A model generated the notes under the pieces. The model was not told the DNA's origin. It did not search any database and worked only from the letters and a program-made list of their open reading frames with translations. Shown here piece after piece: positions 55,288 to 64,000 of a stretch of 64,000 bases of DNA. Source of the DNA: an uncultured candidatus Brocadiaceae bacterium (GTDB taxonomy: Bacteria > Planctomycetota > UBA1135 > UBA2386); contig CAZIVO010000001.1 of the NCBI GenBank assembly GCA_964542765.1, positions 390 to 64,389 of the forward strand, given 5' to 3'. The number at the start of each line of letters is the position of its first letter. The first letter of the stretch is position 1. Made by a program: the position numbers and the translations under genes.

Positions 55288-55578
55288 AGCCCCCGGCCGT
55301 TTGGGCGCCATTGCAGACGAACATCGTTGGCGTCGGCCTGTTCGCGGTCCGGGGGCAGTCCCTCAGCCAGGCGTGGCGAAAATGAGTTGCAGGCCGTTGC
55401 TCGTGGTTCTGTTCGAGCGCGAGGAGGCTTGAGAGCTTGTCCGGGCCGGGTTTTGGCGAGGTTAGAGTCCTGCGGCCTGAACCCTACTTGCCAGTCTCAC
55501 GTTGCCAGAAGAGGCGGAGATTGGCATGATCCCTCGCCTCCCCCCTCTTTGCTCCAATAGCGACCCTGAGAAGGCAGT

Positions 55579-56634
55579 ATGCGCAAGACACTCGCTTCAA
55601 TCTTCGCTCTCGTCCTCGTCGCCGCACTTCCGGCACAAAAGGACACGATCTACTGGGCCGATGGCACGACCGTTGCCAAGGTCCGCATCATTAGTTTCAC
55701 CTGGACCGAGATCAAGTGGACCAAGAGCGGCCGGTCCGAGTCGCGTTCTGCTGATCAGGTTGCGCGAGTGGATTGCGAGAAGGTGAAAGACGCCTATCGC
55801 CGTGGCTATGGCGCGAGCGATGATGATGAGGCCTACAGCCAGTTTCGCATGGAGCGTGAGAAGCAGGTCAAGAGCAAGAAGCTGTTCATTGCCCAGTTCG
55901 GCTTCATGGAGGAGGCGAACCTGCTGATGGGGAACAAGGAGACAGGTGAGTGTTTTGCGACACTCGAACTGATGACCAAGGAATGCCCTGATTCGGGATT
56001 TTGCCCCGAGCTCTATCGAATGAAGCTCGAGTATTACCTGTCTTTGGGCAAGAAGGGTGCGGCGAACGCACTCAAGGTGGCCAGCACCTATCTCAATACA
56101 GCGCAGACGAAGGCTTGGCCCGATGGGTTCCTGCACGAGGCCCGGTTCTTCGGGCTGATGGCGGAAGTCGCGGGTGGAAAGATGTCGGAGGACAAGCTCA
56201 AGTCCGGACTCCGAGGTCTGCTTGGCGACACCGAGGGAGTCTATCCCCGGGTCGCCAATCAAGTGAAGTTACAGGTCGCAGATCAGCAACGTCGTCAGGG
56301 CGAGACTGCTGCTTCCAAGAAGTCATACAAGGAACTTGCCGATCAGGATGGGCTCGATGAGTCGACTCGCGCAGGTGCCTTGCTGGGTCTGGGCCAGGCG
56401 CAACTGGAAGAGGGCAATGCCACCGATCGCGAGCCTTATCGCGATGCGCTCCTGTCTTTCTTGCGGGTTTACATCGAGGCGGAGAAAGCGCCTTCGGACA
56501 TGCGGGCCAAGGCGCTGTACTTTGCCTCCCAAGCCTGTGAAAAATGGCGCGGCCAGGACTCGGCAGCCATGGGGCGCCGTTTGCGCGGGTATCTGAAGCG
56601 AGATTTCCCCGGGAGCGAGTGGGCAAAGCGATAA
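55579..56634 (+). CDS. hypothetical secreted protein, helical/TPR-like
   Basis: RBS GAGAAGG upstream. Signal peptide MRKTLASIFALVLVAALPAQ. No recognisable family. Confidence 0.55.
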   Translation: MRKTLASIFALVLVAALPAQKDTIYWADGTTVAKVRIISFTWTEIKWTKSGRSESRSADQVARVDCEKVKDAYRRGYGASDDDEAYSQFRMEREKQVKSKKLFIAQFGFMEEANLLMGNKETGECFATLELMTKECPDSGFCPELYRMKLEYYLSLGKKGAANALKVASTYLNTAQTKAWPDGFLHEARFFGLMAEVAGGKMSEDKLKSGLRGLLGDTEGVYPRVANQVKLQVADQQRRQGETAASKKSYKELADQDGLDESTRAGALLGLGQAQLEEGNATDREPYRDALLSFLRVYIEAEKAPSDMRAKALYFASQACEKWRGQDSAAMGRRLRGYLKRDFPGSEWAKR

Positions 56635-56644
56635 GGGTGGGCCG

Positions 56645-57349
56645 GTGACGACCCGGGGTTCCGAGCGAAAACCCTGGTGGCCTCGTTTGTGGGGCCACGT
56701 TGCATACTGGTTCTTCTGGGCCACGCTGGCTCAGTTCGTGCGCTGTTACTTTCGGGTGGCCGCGAAGAATGCACCCCGGATCAAGGGCCCGTTCGTGCTT
56801 GTCGGCAATCATGTTGCCTTCGCGGATCCGATCATTGTCGGCTGCGTGCTGCGTCGGCGGATTGCTTACGTGATGAGCGCGATCTACTACCGCAATCCGA
56901 GGTTCGGCTGGTTCTGCCGCGGCTCGGGGACCATTCCGATGTCGGTCACGGGGAGCAACCGAGAAGGTTTGCGCGCCATGCGTGAGACTCTGCAGGATGG
57001 CAGGGTGCTCGGCATCTTTCCGGAGGGGGGGATCAGCCGGGACGGCTTGTTGCAACTCGGCAGCCCCGGCGCGGTGGCTTCTGTTCTCTCGGAGAAGGTG
57101 CCGGTGGTGCCCTTCGCGATCATCGGTGGGAGCAAGGCGACGCCCTCCGGCGGCCGCTGGCGATGGCGCAAGATCACGGTTCGATTCGGGGATCCGATCC
57201 AGCCCGAGGCGCTCATGCTCGCGCGGGAGGCTTCTCGCAAGCAGCGACTCTCCTTTGCGACCCACTGCATCATGGATGAGATCGCCGCACTCTCCGGCCA
57301 GATTTCGCGCGAGACTCAATTGCAGCAACTGGAGGCCGCGCAAGGCTGA
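56645..57349 (+). CDS. plsC: 1-acyl-sn-glycerol-3-phosphate acyltransferase (PlsC family)
   Basis: HxxxxD motif in GNHVAFADPI, followed by FPEGG. Confidence 0.8.
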   Translation: MTTRGSERKPWWPRLWGHVAYWFFWATLAQFVRCYFRVAAKNAPRIKGPFVLVGNHVAFADPIIVGCVLRRRIAYVMSAIYYRNPRFGWFCRGSGTIPMSVTGSNREGLRAMRETLQDGRVLGIFPEGGISRDGLLQLGSPGAVASVLSEKVPVVPFAIIGGSKATPSGGRWRWRKITVRFGDPIQPEALMLAREASRKQRLSFATHCIMDEIAALSGQISRETQLQQLEAAQG

Positions 57350-57359
57350 CAAACAGCTG

Positions 57360-59057
57360 CTATCGGCCCATTGCTTCCTTGCAGGCGGCGAGGAACTTGG
57401 TGCTGTCGATCCGAAAGCAGTAGAAGGCCTTGTGAGGGAGGCCGGGGAGGGTTCCTACCCCGGACAGGGAATTCAGGTCGAACAGCAAGCCTGTGCCCAC
57501 GGACAGGGCGGGCTCTCCCCCGAGACGGTTCGTCAGCGTCGGTCCTTGGGAGGTCAATATGCGAATGTCGGTGGCCCAGAGCCCCTTGTCTTGTCCCGGC
57601 AGGATCGAGGGCAACTTTTCGATCAAGCGACCGAGGTGATGAGGGTCGGACAGGGCTTGACGGCTTGCTTCGAGTGTCCATGCAGCGCTGATCACGAGTG
57701 TCCTCTTGCCCCAGGTGAGGTAGGCGGCGCTGGCATCTTTTGCCCAGACGGTGTCTGACCGATCCTGGCGCAGGAGGGGTGCGAGGGAGCATGCGGTTTG
57801 CTGGTCGGTGATCAGCAAGCCGGCAGTGTTTTGCACCTTGTCCAGCTCGGGCCATGGTTTGCGCAGGTCATCTGCGGTCACCGAGAGTTCCGGCCATAAA
57901 GCGCGCTGATCATTCCAGCCAGGGTTGGCGGTGCCCTCCAGCAGCGGTGCGAGAGATCTCTCTGTGGTGATGAACAGAGCGAGTGCGGCCAGAGTTCCGA
58001 GTGCGGCACCTCGGTGGATGGTCATCAAGCCGGCGAGTCCGGCGGCGGTCACCGGCAGGATCAGGCAGGCCAGATAGATCGAATGGCGGTGGCCGCCATA
58101 GGGGTAGAGGCCCAGCAGCGACAGGAAGATGGCGCTGATGAGGACAGCGATGCAGGTTGCGGCGAAGGGGCGCAATGGCCTCTTCCAAAGAGCCGTGGCG
58201 AAGGCGGCCAGACCGGTGAGCATCGCCGTTGCGACCCAGTTCGGGCCGGCCAGATATCCGCTGATACCCAGTGTCGCGGTCCAGACTTCGGACAGGCCGC
58301 CGAGAAAGTAGGGCTTGAGCCAGGTGTTCACGGCCTGGGCCTGAAGGTCTCCGCCCATCAGGTTGGGGAGGATATGCGTGAAGAACAGCAGCGCGACGAT
58401 GACGACGAGGGGAATGTGTGCAAGAACGAGGACGCGCAATTGTCCTGGTGACCACCAGCGTGCGATCAGGCCGACCACCAGGGCCAGACCGACACCGCCG
58501 ATGACCTGAAAGCTGCTGTAGTGCACCAGGGCTGCCAGCATCATGGCTACAGAGTAGTACCAGGCGTGGCGAGGTCGCCAGGTGGAGAGATGCCGGAACA
58601 AGAAGATCAGCGCCGTGATCAGCAGGGCGAGGTGGACCATGTAGGGGCGCGCCACCTGCGAGAGCATGATGGCCCCTGGTGATAGCGCCAGCATGAGTGC
58701 TGCGAGGACCCCGGCGAAGGGGCCGGCCAGTCGTCGCGTCAAGACGAACAAGAGATAGATCGACAGACAACCTGCGATGAGCGCGGGGATGCGCAGCACG
58801 ATGTAGTCGTCGGAGAACGCCGTGAGGGCTCGCAGGAACCAGTAGAAGAGTGGAGGGTGAGCGTTGCCGCCGATCGAACTCAGGGAGGCATCCCAGGAAC
58901 TGTGGGCAACGGTGTAGTAGATGCCTTCATCACCATTGATCCAGAAGGCGGAAACCCCGCCGACGCGCAGCGCGAAACCCAGCGCTACGGCCAGTGCCGC
59001 GAGGACCCAGGCGTGGCGGTGCCACCCGGGAGAGTCGCCGTCCGAGATGGCGGTCAT
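57360..59057 (-). CDS. GT39/GT83-type (PMT/ArnT-like) polyprenyl-phosphate-sugar-dependent membrane glycosyltransferase
   Basis: ATG 59057 overlaps the upstream stop (ATGA). There are more than 10 TM segments and a first-loop DE motif (FWINGDEGIYY). A large soluble C-terminal domain follows. Confidence 0.7.
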   Translation of the reverse strand: MTAISDGDSPGWHRHAWVLAALAVALGFALRVGGVSAFWINGDEGIYYTVAHSSWDASLSSIGGNAHPPLFYWFLRALTAFSDDYIVLRIPALIAGCLSIYLLFVLTRRLAGPFAGVLAALMLALSPGAIMLSQVARPYMVHLALLITALIFLFRHLSTWRPRHAWYYSVAMMLAALVHYSSFQVIGGVGLALVVGLIARWWSPGQLRVLVLAHIPLVVIVALLFFTHILPNLMGGDLQAQAVNTWLKPYFLGGLSEVWTATLGISGYLAGPNWVATAMLTGLAAFATALWKRPLRPFAATCIAVLISAIFLSLLGLYPYGGHRHSIYLACLILPVTAAGLAGLMTIHRGAALGTLAALALFITTERSLAPLLEGTANPGWNDQRALWPELSVTADDLRKPWPELDKVQNTAGLLITDQQTACSLAPLLRQDRSDTVWAKDASAAYLTWGKRTLVISAAWTLEASRQALSDPHHLGRLIEKLPSILPGQDKGLWATDIRILTSQGPTLTNRLGGEPALSVGTGLLFDLNSLSGVGTLPGLPHKAFYCFRIDSTKFLAACKEAMGR

Positions 59058-60589
59058 GATTGTGCGTTCCCGAAGCGACCGGGGAGGTCTTGCGCACTGT
59101 CCAGGCGCGTTGCTTCCACCAGAAACTGAAAGGAGAACATCGAGGGCCAGATCCAGGCGAGGCCACCGGCAATTCGATCGAGCCAGCGCAGCACGAAACT
59201 GTCGCCGATGGTGTCGCGGATGGGCGGGCCGAAGCCGCGGATATGATCGATTCGAAACCCTTGGGATTCGAGTGCTCGGCAGAAGGAGCGGATCGTGAAC
59301 AGCCTGCAATGGGTGACGTCGAGGATGCCTCGCTTGCCGTAGTTGAATTGTCCGAGCGCCAGGGAGAGGCGAATGGGTAAGTAGGCGATATTCGCGGTGC
59401 TCGCCACCAGGGTGCCACCGGGAGATAGTCCACGATGGATCTCGGCTATCCCATGCTCGGGGCGCTGGAGATGTTCGATCACATCCAGTGCTAAAAGCGT
59501 GTCGGCAGGGCCTTCCAAGGACTCGTGGATGATCGATCCGAAATCCTGATCGAGGTCGGCCTCGATGTAATCGAAGGGGAGTTCGTGATCGGGACGGCGG
59601 TGGTCGATCGCCACCACCGAAGATCCTGCTTCGTGTAGAGATTGACTCACGCCGGCGCTGCCCGCACCGACATCGGCGACCTTCCCTTTCCCGTGCCCGT
59701 GCCGCCGGATGATGTGCTGGTGGAGAGATCCGGGTGCCGACTTGAACGAGTAGCTGGGCTTGGCCTCCTCGAGGTCGAACTTGGGATGGTAGACAAGATG
59801 CAGGCGGTTGGCGAGAGCGCGCAACACCGTGCGCAGATTCTGCAGCGCGTAGATCAGGCCTCGGCGGCGATCGTCAGGCCCCGGGCTGGCCGGCACCGGC
59901 ACCTCCTCGATGCGGTGCTGGACGATGAGGTGCTGGATGACGAGTTCCGTTTCCATGACCGATCGGTCGCTGTTGAATTCGAATGGCAGCGCTGCCAGGG
60001 TGGCCGCTCGATACGCGCGATAGCCCGAATGAGGATCGCCCAACGAACATTTCAGGAGTTTGTTCTGCAGGCTTGTGGCGGCGCGCAGATTCCAGCGGTG
60101 AGGATTGGGGATCGTGTCGGCGTGATCGGGAAATCTCGATGCGATCACCAGGGCGACATCGGGTTCTCTCATGGGCGCGAGCAGTCGAGCCAGATACTCC
60201 GGAGCATGGCCGGCCGCCGCATTCAGGGTCACGAGGATCTCGCAATCCGATTGGATTGCGTGGCGCATCGCGAGTTTGAGGCGCCGCCCTTCGCCACCAC
60301 CGAAACGAGTGGACAAGATGGTCAGCGCAGGAAAATCAGCACGGAGGCAGTCGAGTTCTCCGGGATCGAGGCCGTCCTTGTCGGGGATGGCGAGGATATT
60401 GCCAAGAAGGTTGTCGGGGAAGCGTTGCAACACGGAACTCAGGAGTTCCCGACTCGACCATCCCGTGATCACCAGTGCCAACCGGTGCTCCTTGACGATC
60501 TCTTGCGCTGCCTCCAACTCCGCTGCCGTTGGCGGCGTATGTGAGTATGGCGGTGAATCAGCGGCGCTGGGTGTGAGCGTTTGCAACAT
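59054..60589 (-). CDS. fusion protein: GT2-like domain (DxD position degenerate) + class I SAM-dependent methyltransferase domain
   Basis: Start chosen at MLQTL (60589). GT2 pattern: ...GGGEGRRLKLAMRHAIQSDCEILVTLNAAAGHAPEYL...ASRF...GDPHSGYRAYR. The methyltransferase motif I is VADVGAGSAGVS. The upstream 196 codons of ORF 59054..61177 were rejected. Confidence 0.7.
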   Translation of the reverse strand: MLQTLTPSAADSPPYSHTPPTAAELEAAQEIVKEHRLALVITGWSSRELLSSVLQRFPDNLLGNILAIPDKDGLDPGELDCLRADFPALTILSTRFGGGEGRRLKLAMRHAIQSDCEILVTLNAAAGHAPEYLARLLAPMREPDVALVIASRFPDHADTIPNPHRWNLRAATSLQNKLLKCSLGDPHSGYRAYRAATLAALPFEFNSDRSVMETELVIQHLIVQHRIEEVPVPASPGPDDRRRGLIYALQNLRTVLRALANRLHLVYHPKFDLEEAKPSYSFKSAPGSLHQHIIRRHGHGKGKVADVGAGSAGVSQSLHEAGSSVVAIDHRRPDHELPFDYIEADLDQDFGSIIHESLEGPADTLLALDVIEHLQRPEHGIAEIHRGLSPGGTLVASTANIAYLPIRLSLALGQFNYGKRGILDVTHCRLFTIRSFCRALESQGFRIDHIRGFGPPIRDTIGDSFVLRWLDRIAGGLAWIWPSMFSFQFLVEATRLDSAQDLPGRFGNAQS

Positions 60590-60847
60590 GGCGCAGCGCT
60601 GCCGAGTATAGGCTCCGCCGGAAAGGAGTGGGTATGGATTGAGCAAAGATCCAGATCCGATGTGTACTCGTCGGATGGGGTTTTTCCCTGGGATCATCGA
60701 TGAGGTTGTGGTCGCAGGCGAGGACTCTCTGTTTCGCAGAGGCCGAAGGGTGGGGTTCTGTGACGCGGTTTTGATTTTGGTGCTGAAACTTGCCCACTCC
60801 GTTGCCTGCCTCTTGTCACCGTGAGTGCGGTGATCTGGAGGTGATGG

Positions 60848-61453
60848 ATGGGTGAGGTGATCGATGTCGAGGAGGAGTGCCGAAAGGGCCTCGAGCAGGC
60901 TTTGCACTTTCTTGCGCGCTGGGCGGATACGCGAACTCGCAATGCCTGTGAGGACATTGCTCAGGAGGCCGTCATCGAGGCTTGGTCTCGTCGAGAAAGC
61001 CTCCGCCGCCCGGATCGGTTCGGGTCCGTTGTGCGCACGATTGCGCGGCGTCGGAGATGGCGCGTATTGCAAGACAGTCTCGACAGGAGGGTGGAGAGTC
61101 ATGATGCCGAGGCAGTCCTGGAAAGCATTCCGGCCGCGTCGATCACCCGGCAGGAATCCATCGAGATCTGCGGCCATCGACAGCCAACGGAATGGTTGCT
61201 CGCGGAATTGGATGGCGCGATCGGGGAGTTGCCCGGGCTGAGTCAGAGCCTCGTACGCAGTTACTACGAGGGCTTCAGTTGCGTTGAACTCGCCGAGCGA
61301 TACTCGCTACCTCAGACGTCCGTGAAGGTTCGCATTCATCGGATTCGCAAGAGATTACATGAGAAGGTAACGGCGAGGGTGAGGCGATCGACCGCCTCGT
61401 CGGTCGCAGAGTCCGAAGAGAAAAGGAGACGGAGATGCATGCAGGAATCGTGA
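60848..61453 (+). CDS. ECF-type sigma-70 family RNA polymerase sigma factor
   Basis: RBS GGAGGTGATGG upstream. Region 2 is DIAQEAVIEAW, and the region 4 HTH is SCVELAERYSLPQTSVKVRIHRIRKRL. Confidence 0.8.
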   Translation: MGEVIDVEEECRKGLEQALHFLARWADTRTRNACEDIAQEAVIEAWSRRESLRRPDRFGSVVRTIARRRRWRVLQDSLDRRVESHDAEAVLESIPAASITRQESIEICGHRQPTEWLLAELDGAIGELPGLSQSLVRSYYEGFSCVELAERYSLPQTSVKVRIHRIRKRLHEKVTARVRRSTASSVAESEEKRRRRCMQES

Positions 61454-62343
61454 TGATGATGGGGCTCTCGTTCTGGCTTGGCACGGTCGCCTTGCCGGCT
61501 CAGGATGCTGGGGCTGAGCAGGGTAAAGAGTCGGAGGATAACGTTGGTCAGAGCCCGGAAGAGAGACCCTTGCCGCCGACCCTGGAAGATCTTCGTCGCG
61601 CCGTGGACATCGAGATCTTGGCCATGGAGATGATGGGGGAAGAGCGGAAGGCTTTGCTTGAGGAAGCGGCTCAGGCTTATCGCGAGATTGCGATCCGCCA
61701 TGCCTCGGACAGGCCGGGGTCAGCCCGGGCCTGGTTTGGCGCGGGAGAAGCATGGCGCCGGCGTGGTGATCTCGACTCGGCAGAAGAGAGCTACAAGAAA
61801 TCTGCTTCCATCGGTTCGTTGAGTGTTAGGGAGAGGAGCCTGTTCGAGGTGGCTCAACTTCAACGGAGGAGCAAGAGGTACGAGGCCGCGATCAAGACCT
61901 ATGGCGAAGTCGTTCGCATGAAGTCGGGAACATCAAGGCAACACGAAGCGCGCTTGTGGTCCGGCCGGTGTCTCGAGGCTCAGGGCAAGCAGCGTGAAGC
62001 AGTGGTGGTTTATCGAACTGCGGTAGATGTCGCAGGGCGACCCCTGTGGATGATCGCGGCGGGTAATCGGTTGGCTAATCTGCTTGTCAAGGCGGGCGAT
62101 CTGGAGGGTGCGTTAGAAGCTATAGAAGGGGTGGAGCGGAGTCTTTCGGAAGGGATCTCCTCCTCGGCATCGCGTTTGCGCAGGGCCTTCGAGAAGATGT
62201 CAGCCCGGCGGGCTCTCCAGCGAGCTTTCGACAGGAAGAACGCTGCGCATCGCGATGCGCAACGATGGGAGAGGGATGCGGTACGCCGAGACGGTGCCGA
62301 GACAGACTGTCGGAAGAATGTCTACCTGATGCCGATCCCGTAG
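61435..62343 (+). CDS. membrane-anchored/secreted TPR protein; candidate cognate anti-sigma or sigma-associated factor
   Basis: RBS AAGGAGACGGAG upstream. It overlaps the 3' end of the sigma gene by 19 nt. It has a hydrophobic N-terminus and a TPR-like body (AWFGAGEAWRRRGDLDSAEESY...). Confidence 0.55.
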   Translation: MHAGIVMMMGLSFWLGTVALPAQDAGAEQGKESEDNVGQSPEERPLPPTLEDLRRAVDIEILAMEMMGEERKALLEEAAQAYREIAIRHASDRPGSARAWFGAGEAWRRRGDLDSAEESYKKSASIGSLSVRERSLFEVAQLQRRSKRYEAAIKTYGEVVRMKSGTSRQHEARLWSGRCLEAQGKQREAVVVYRTAVDVAGRPLWMIAAGNRLANLLVKAGDLEGALEAIEGVERSLSEGISSSASRLRRAFEKMSARRALQRAFDRKNAAHRDAQRWERDAVRRDGAETDCRKNVYLMPIP

Positions 62344-63626
62344 TAAGCGAAGCCGGCATCGCGCATGCGTTGTGGAGGGAAGATGTTCCGTCCATCGAAG
62401 ATGACGGGCTGCTTGAGCGTGTCCCGGACCTCTTCGATATCGATGTGACGGAACTCATTCCACTCGGTTACCAGCACAAGGGCATCTGCGTCACGCAAGG
62501 CTTCGAAGGAAGATTCTGCGTAACGAATGCGGTCGCCGAGGTGGTTCTTCTTGGCCTCTTCGGTTGCTTCCGGGTCGAAGGCGGTGATGGTAGCGCCAGC
62601 CTCGAGAAGACTGTTGATCAGGACCACGCTGGGAGCCTCGCGCATGTCATCGGTCTGAGGCTTGAAAGCGAGCCCCCAGATGGCGAAGTGCTTTCCGGAC
62701 AACTCACCTCCAAAGTGCTTTTGGATCTTCTGGAACAGGACCTCTTTTTGCGCGTGATTGACCTCCTCGACGGCTTTCACAATGAGGGGTTCGTGCCCGT
62801 GTTCGATGGCTGTGTGCATCAGTGCCCGCACATCTTTAGGGAAGCAGGATCCTCCGTAGCCCACCCCGGCGAACAGGAATGGAAACCCGATGCGTGAGTC
62901 TGTTGCGATGCCCTTGCGAACCTCGTTCACATCGGCACCGATAGCCTCGCAGATTTGCGCCATTTCGTTCATGAAGGAGATCCGCGTGGCGAGCATGGCG
63001 TTGGCTGCGTATTTCGTCATTTCCGCCGATGCCGTGTCCATGGTCAGGATCGGCTTTCCGGTCCGAACGAATGGCGAGTAAAGCTCTTGCATGATCAAGG
63101 CCGCTCGCTCGCTATCGGTTCCGATCACAACGCGATCGGGCTTGAGGAAGTCTTCGATCGCCGCCCCTTCTTTCAAGAATTCGGGATTGCTGACAACGTC
63201 GAATCTTTCGTCCGTGTGCCGCTCGATTTCCGTGCGCACCTTCTGCGCCGTGCCGACAGGAACCGTGCTCTTGTTGACGATGACCTTGTAGCCATTCATG
63301 TTCTCACCGATGGACTTGGCCACGGCGATGACGTGCTTGAGATCGGCGCCGCCGTCTTCACCTGGAGGTGTGCCGACAGCGATGAAGCAGACCTTGGCGC
63401 CTTGTATGGCATCCTTGATATCGGATGTGAAGGTGAGGCGGCCTTCTTCGGTGTTGCGTCCGATGAGTTCTTCGAGGCCCGGCTCGTAGATCGGCACTTC
63501 GCCGTCTTGCAGCCTTCGGATCTTGTCTTCATCGACATCGACGCAGATCACCTGATTGCCTGTCTCGGCAAAGCAGGTTCCTACGACGAGTCCTACATAT
63601 CCAGTGCCAATGATGGCGATCTTCAT
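62322..63626 (-). CDS. ugd: UDP-glucose 6-dehydrogenase
   Basis: Contains MKIAIIGTGYVGLV, the catalytic GGSCFPKD and GLAFKPQTDDMREAP. Confidence 0.9.
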   Translation of the reverse strand: MKIAIIGTGYVGLVVGTCFAETGNQVICVDVDEDKIRRLQDGEVPIYEPGLEELIGRNTEEGRLTFTSDIKDAIQGAKVCFIAVGTPPGEDGGADLKHVIAVAKSIGENMNGYKVIVNKSTVPVGTAQKVRTEIERHTDERFDVVSNPEFLKEGAAIEDFLKPDRVVIGTDSERAALIMQELYSPFVRTGKPILTMDTASAEMTKYAANAMLATRISFMNEMAQICEAIGADVNEVRKGIATDSRIGFPFLFAGVGYGGSCFPKDVRALMHTAIEHGHEPLIVKAVEEVNHAQKEVLFQKIQKHFGGELSGKHFAIWGLAFKPQTDDMREAPSVVLINSLLEAGATITAFDPEATEEAKKNHLGDRIRYAESSFEALRDADALVLVTEWNEFRHIDIEEVRDTLKQPVIFDGRNIFPPQRMRDAGFAYYGIGIR

Positions 63627-63847
63627 GAGGAGGTCTCCTGACTGAAGTTATCGGATCGAGGAGGGCAGGATCTCAGGCGTTATCGGAAAAATCGGGCAGG
63701 GAGGGTAGTGGGAGGGGCTTCGCCATTCAACTTTCCACTCCCGGCGTGGCAGGAAGAGGAGTTGGCGTTGCGATCCGGCAATACTGTCGATCTGCGGCCG
63801 GGGCGGTGCTGTCGGCCCTGGTGGCGCACTCGGTTCCCCAGTCCTCC

Positions 63848-63876
63848 TTGCGGTTGGAGCGAGCGGGATCTAGATT
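63848..63876 (+). promoter_or_regulatory. candidate promoter for tRNA-Val (TTGCGG-N17-TAGATT)
   Basis: The hexamers are spaced 17 nt apart, and the -10 element ends 18 nt before the mature tRNA 5' end. Confidence 0.35.
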
Positions 63877-63894
63877 GCGTCGCGCCTGGAGCGA

Positions 63895-63971
<77 letters not shown>

Positions 63972-64000
63972 TCGCTCGTTTCCAGATGGCGACCCGCCGG

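Noticed and set aside
3232-57352. Other long antisense or overlapping ORFs: 3232..4479, 21074..22132, 25816..27042, 33167..34330, 39180..40379, 50691..51926, 54268..55311, 56198..57352, plus many in the 60-300 aa range.
   Set aside because: Each overlaps a gene with clear family motifs on the other strand or in another frame. Their translations are low-complexity and Arg/Pro/Gly-rich, with no recognisable domains.

Overview
GC-rich bacterial chromosomal segment, densely coded with about 58 protein genes and one tRNA. I saw no rRNA, CRISPR array, transposase, integrase or prophage genes. The gene content (HEAT/vWA, FHA-vWA and LTD proteins, many large secreted proteins, hopanoid-type HpnE fragment) resembles PVC/Planctomycetota-like or similar environmental lineages, but phylum cannot be assigned from sequence alone.

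Housekeeping blocks:
- groES-groEL, dapA, rsmD, rluB, manA, ugd, plsC
- ctaA-ctaB with an ABC-2 exporter and DUF420
- dppBC-type permeases
- an M16 peptidase pair, an M61 peptidase, a PLP transsulfuration enzyme and a proline-racemase-family enzyme

Most notable observations:
1. Two peroxiredoxins, one AhpC/Prx1-type and one signal-peptide-bearing Bcp/PrxQ-type, each have an in-frame TGA exactly at the peroxidatic-Cys codon. A hairpin lies 15-16 nt downstream of each TGA. The ORF track splits both genes, and I read them as selenocysteine enzymes. A stand-alone YedF-C-terminal-like DsrE-fold gene lies nearby.
2. At least six, possibly seven, secreted proteins with unrelated catalytic parts share a roughly 110-130 aa C-terminal module that I cannot assign to a named family. 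It may be a sorting or anchoring domain. The proteins are two tandem S8-IPT proteases, an MBL-LTD hydrolase, an LTD protein, an Asp-box propeller, a propeller/di-heme protein and one unknown.
3. Several regulators or enzymes have degenerate catalytic motifs: a Fic fold without His/Gly/Arg, an NtrC-type AAA+ activator without GAFTGA, and a GT2 domain without DxD fused to a methyltransferase.
4. There is an envelope-glycosylation locus with an ECF sigma factor.

All functional calls rest on by-eye motif recognition. No database search was run.
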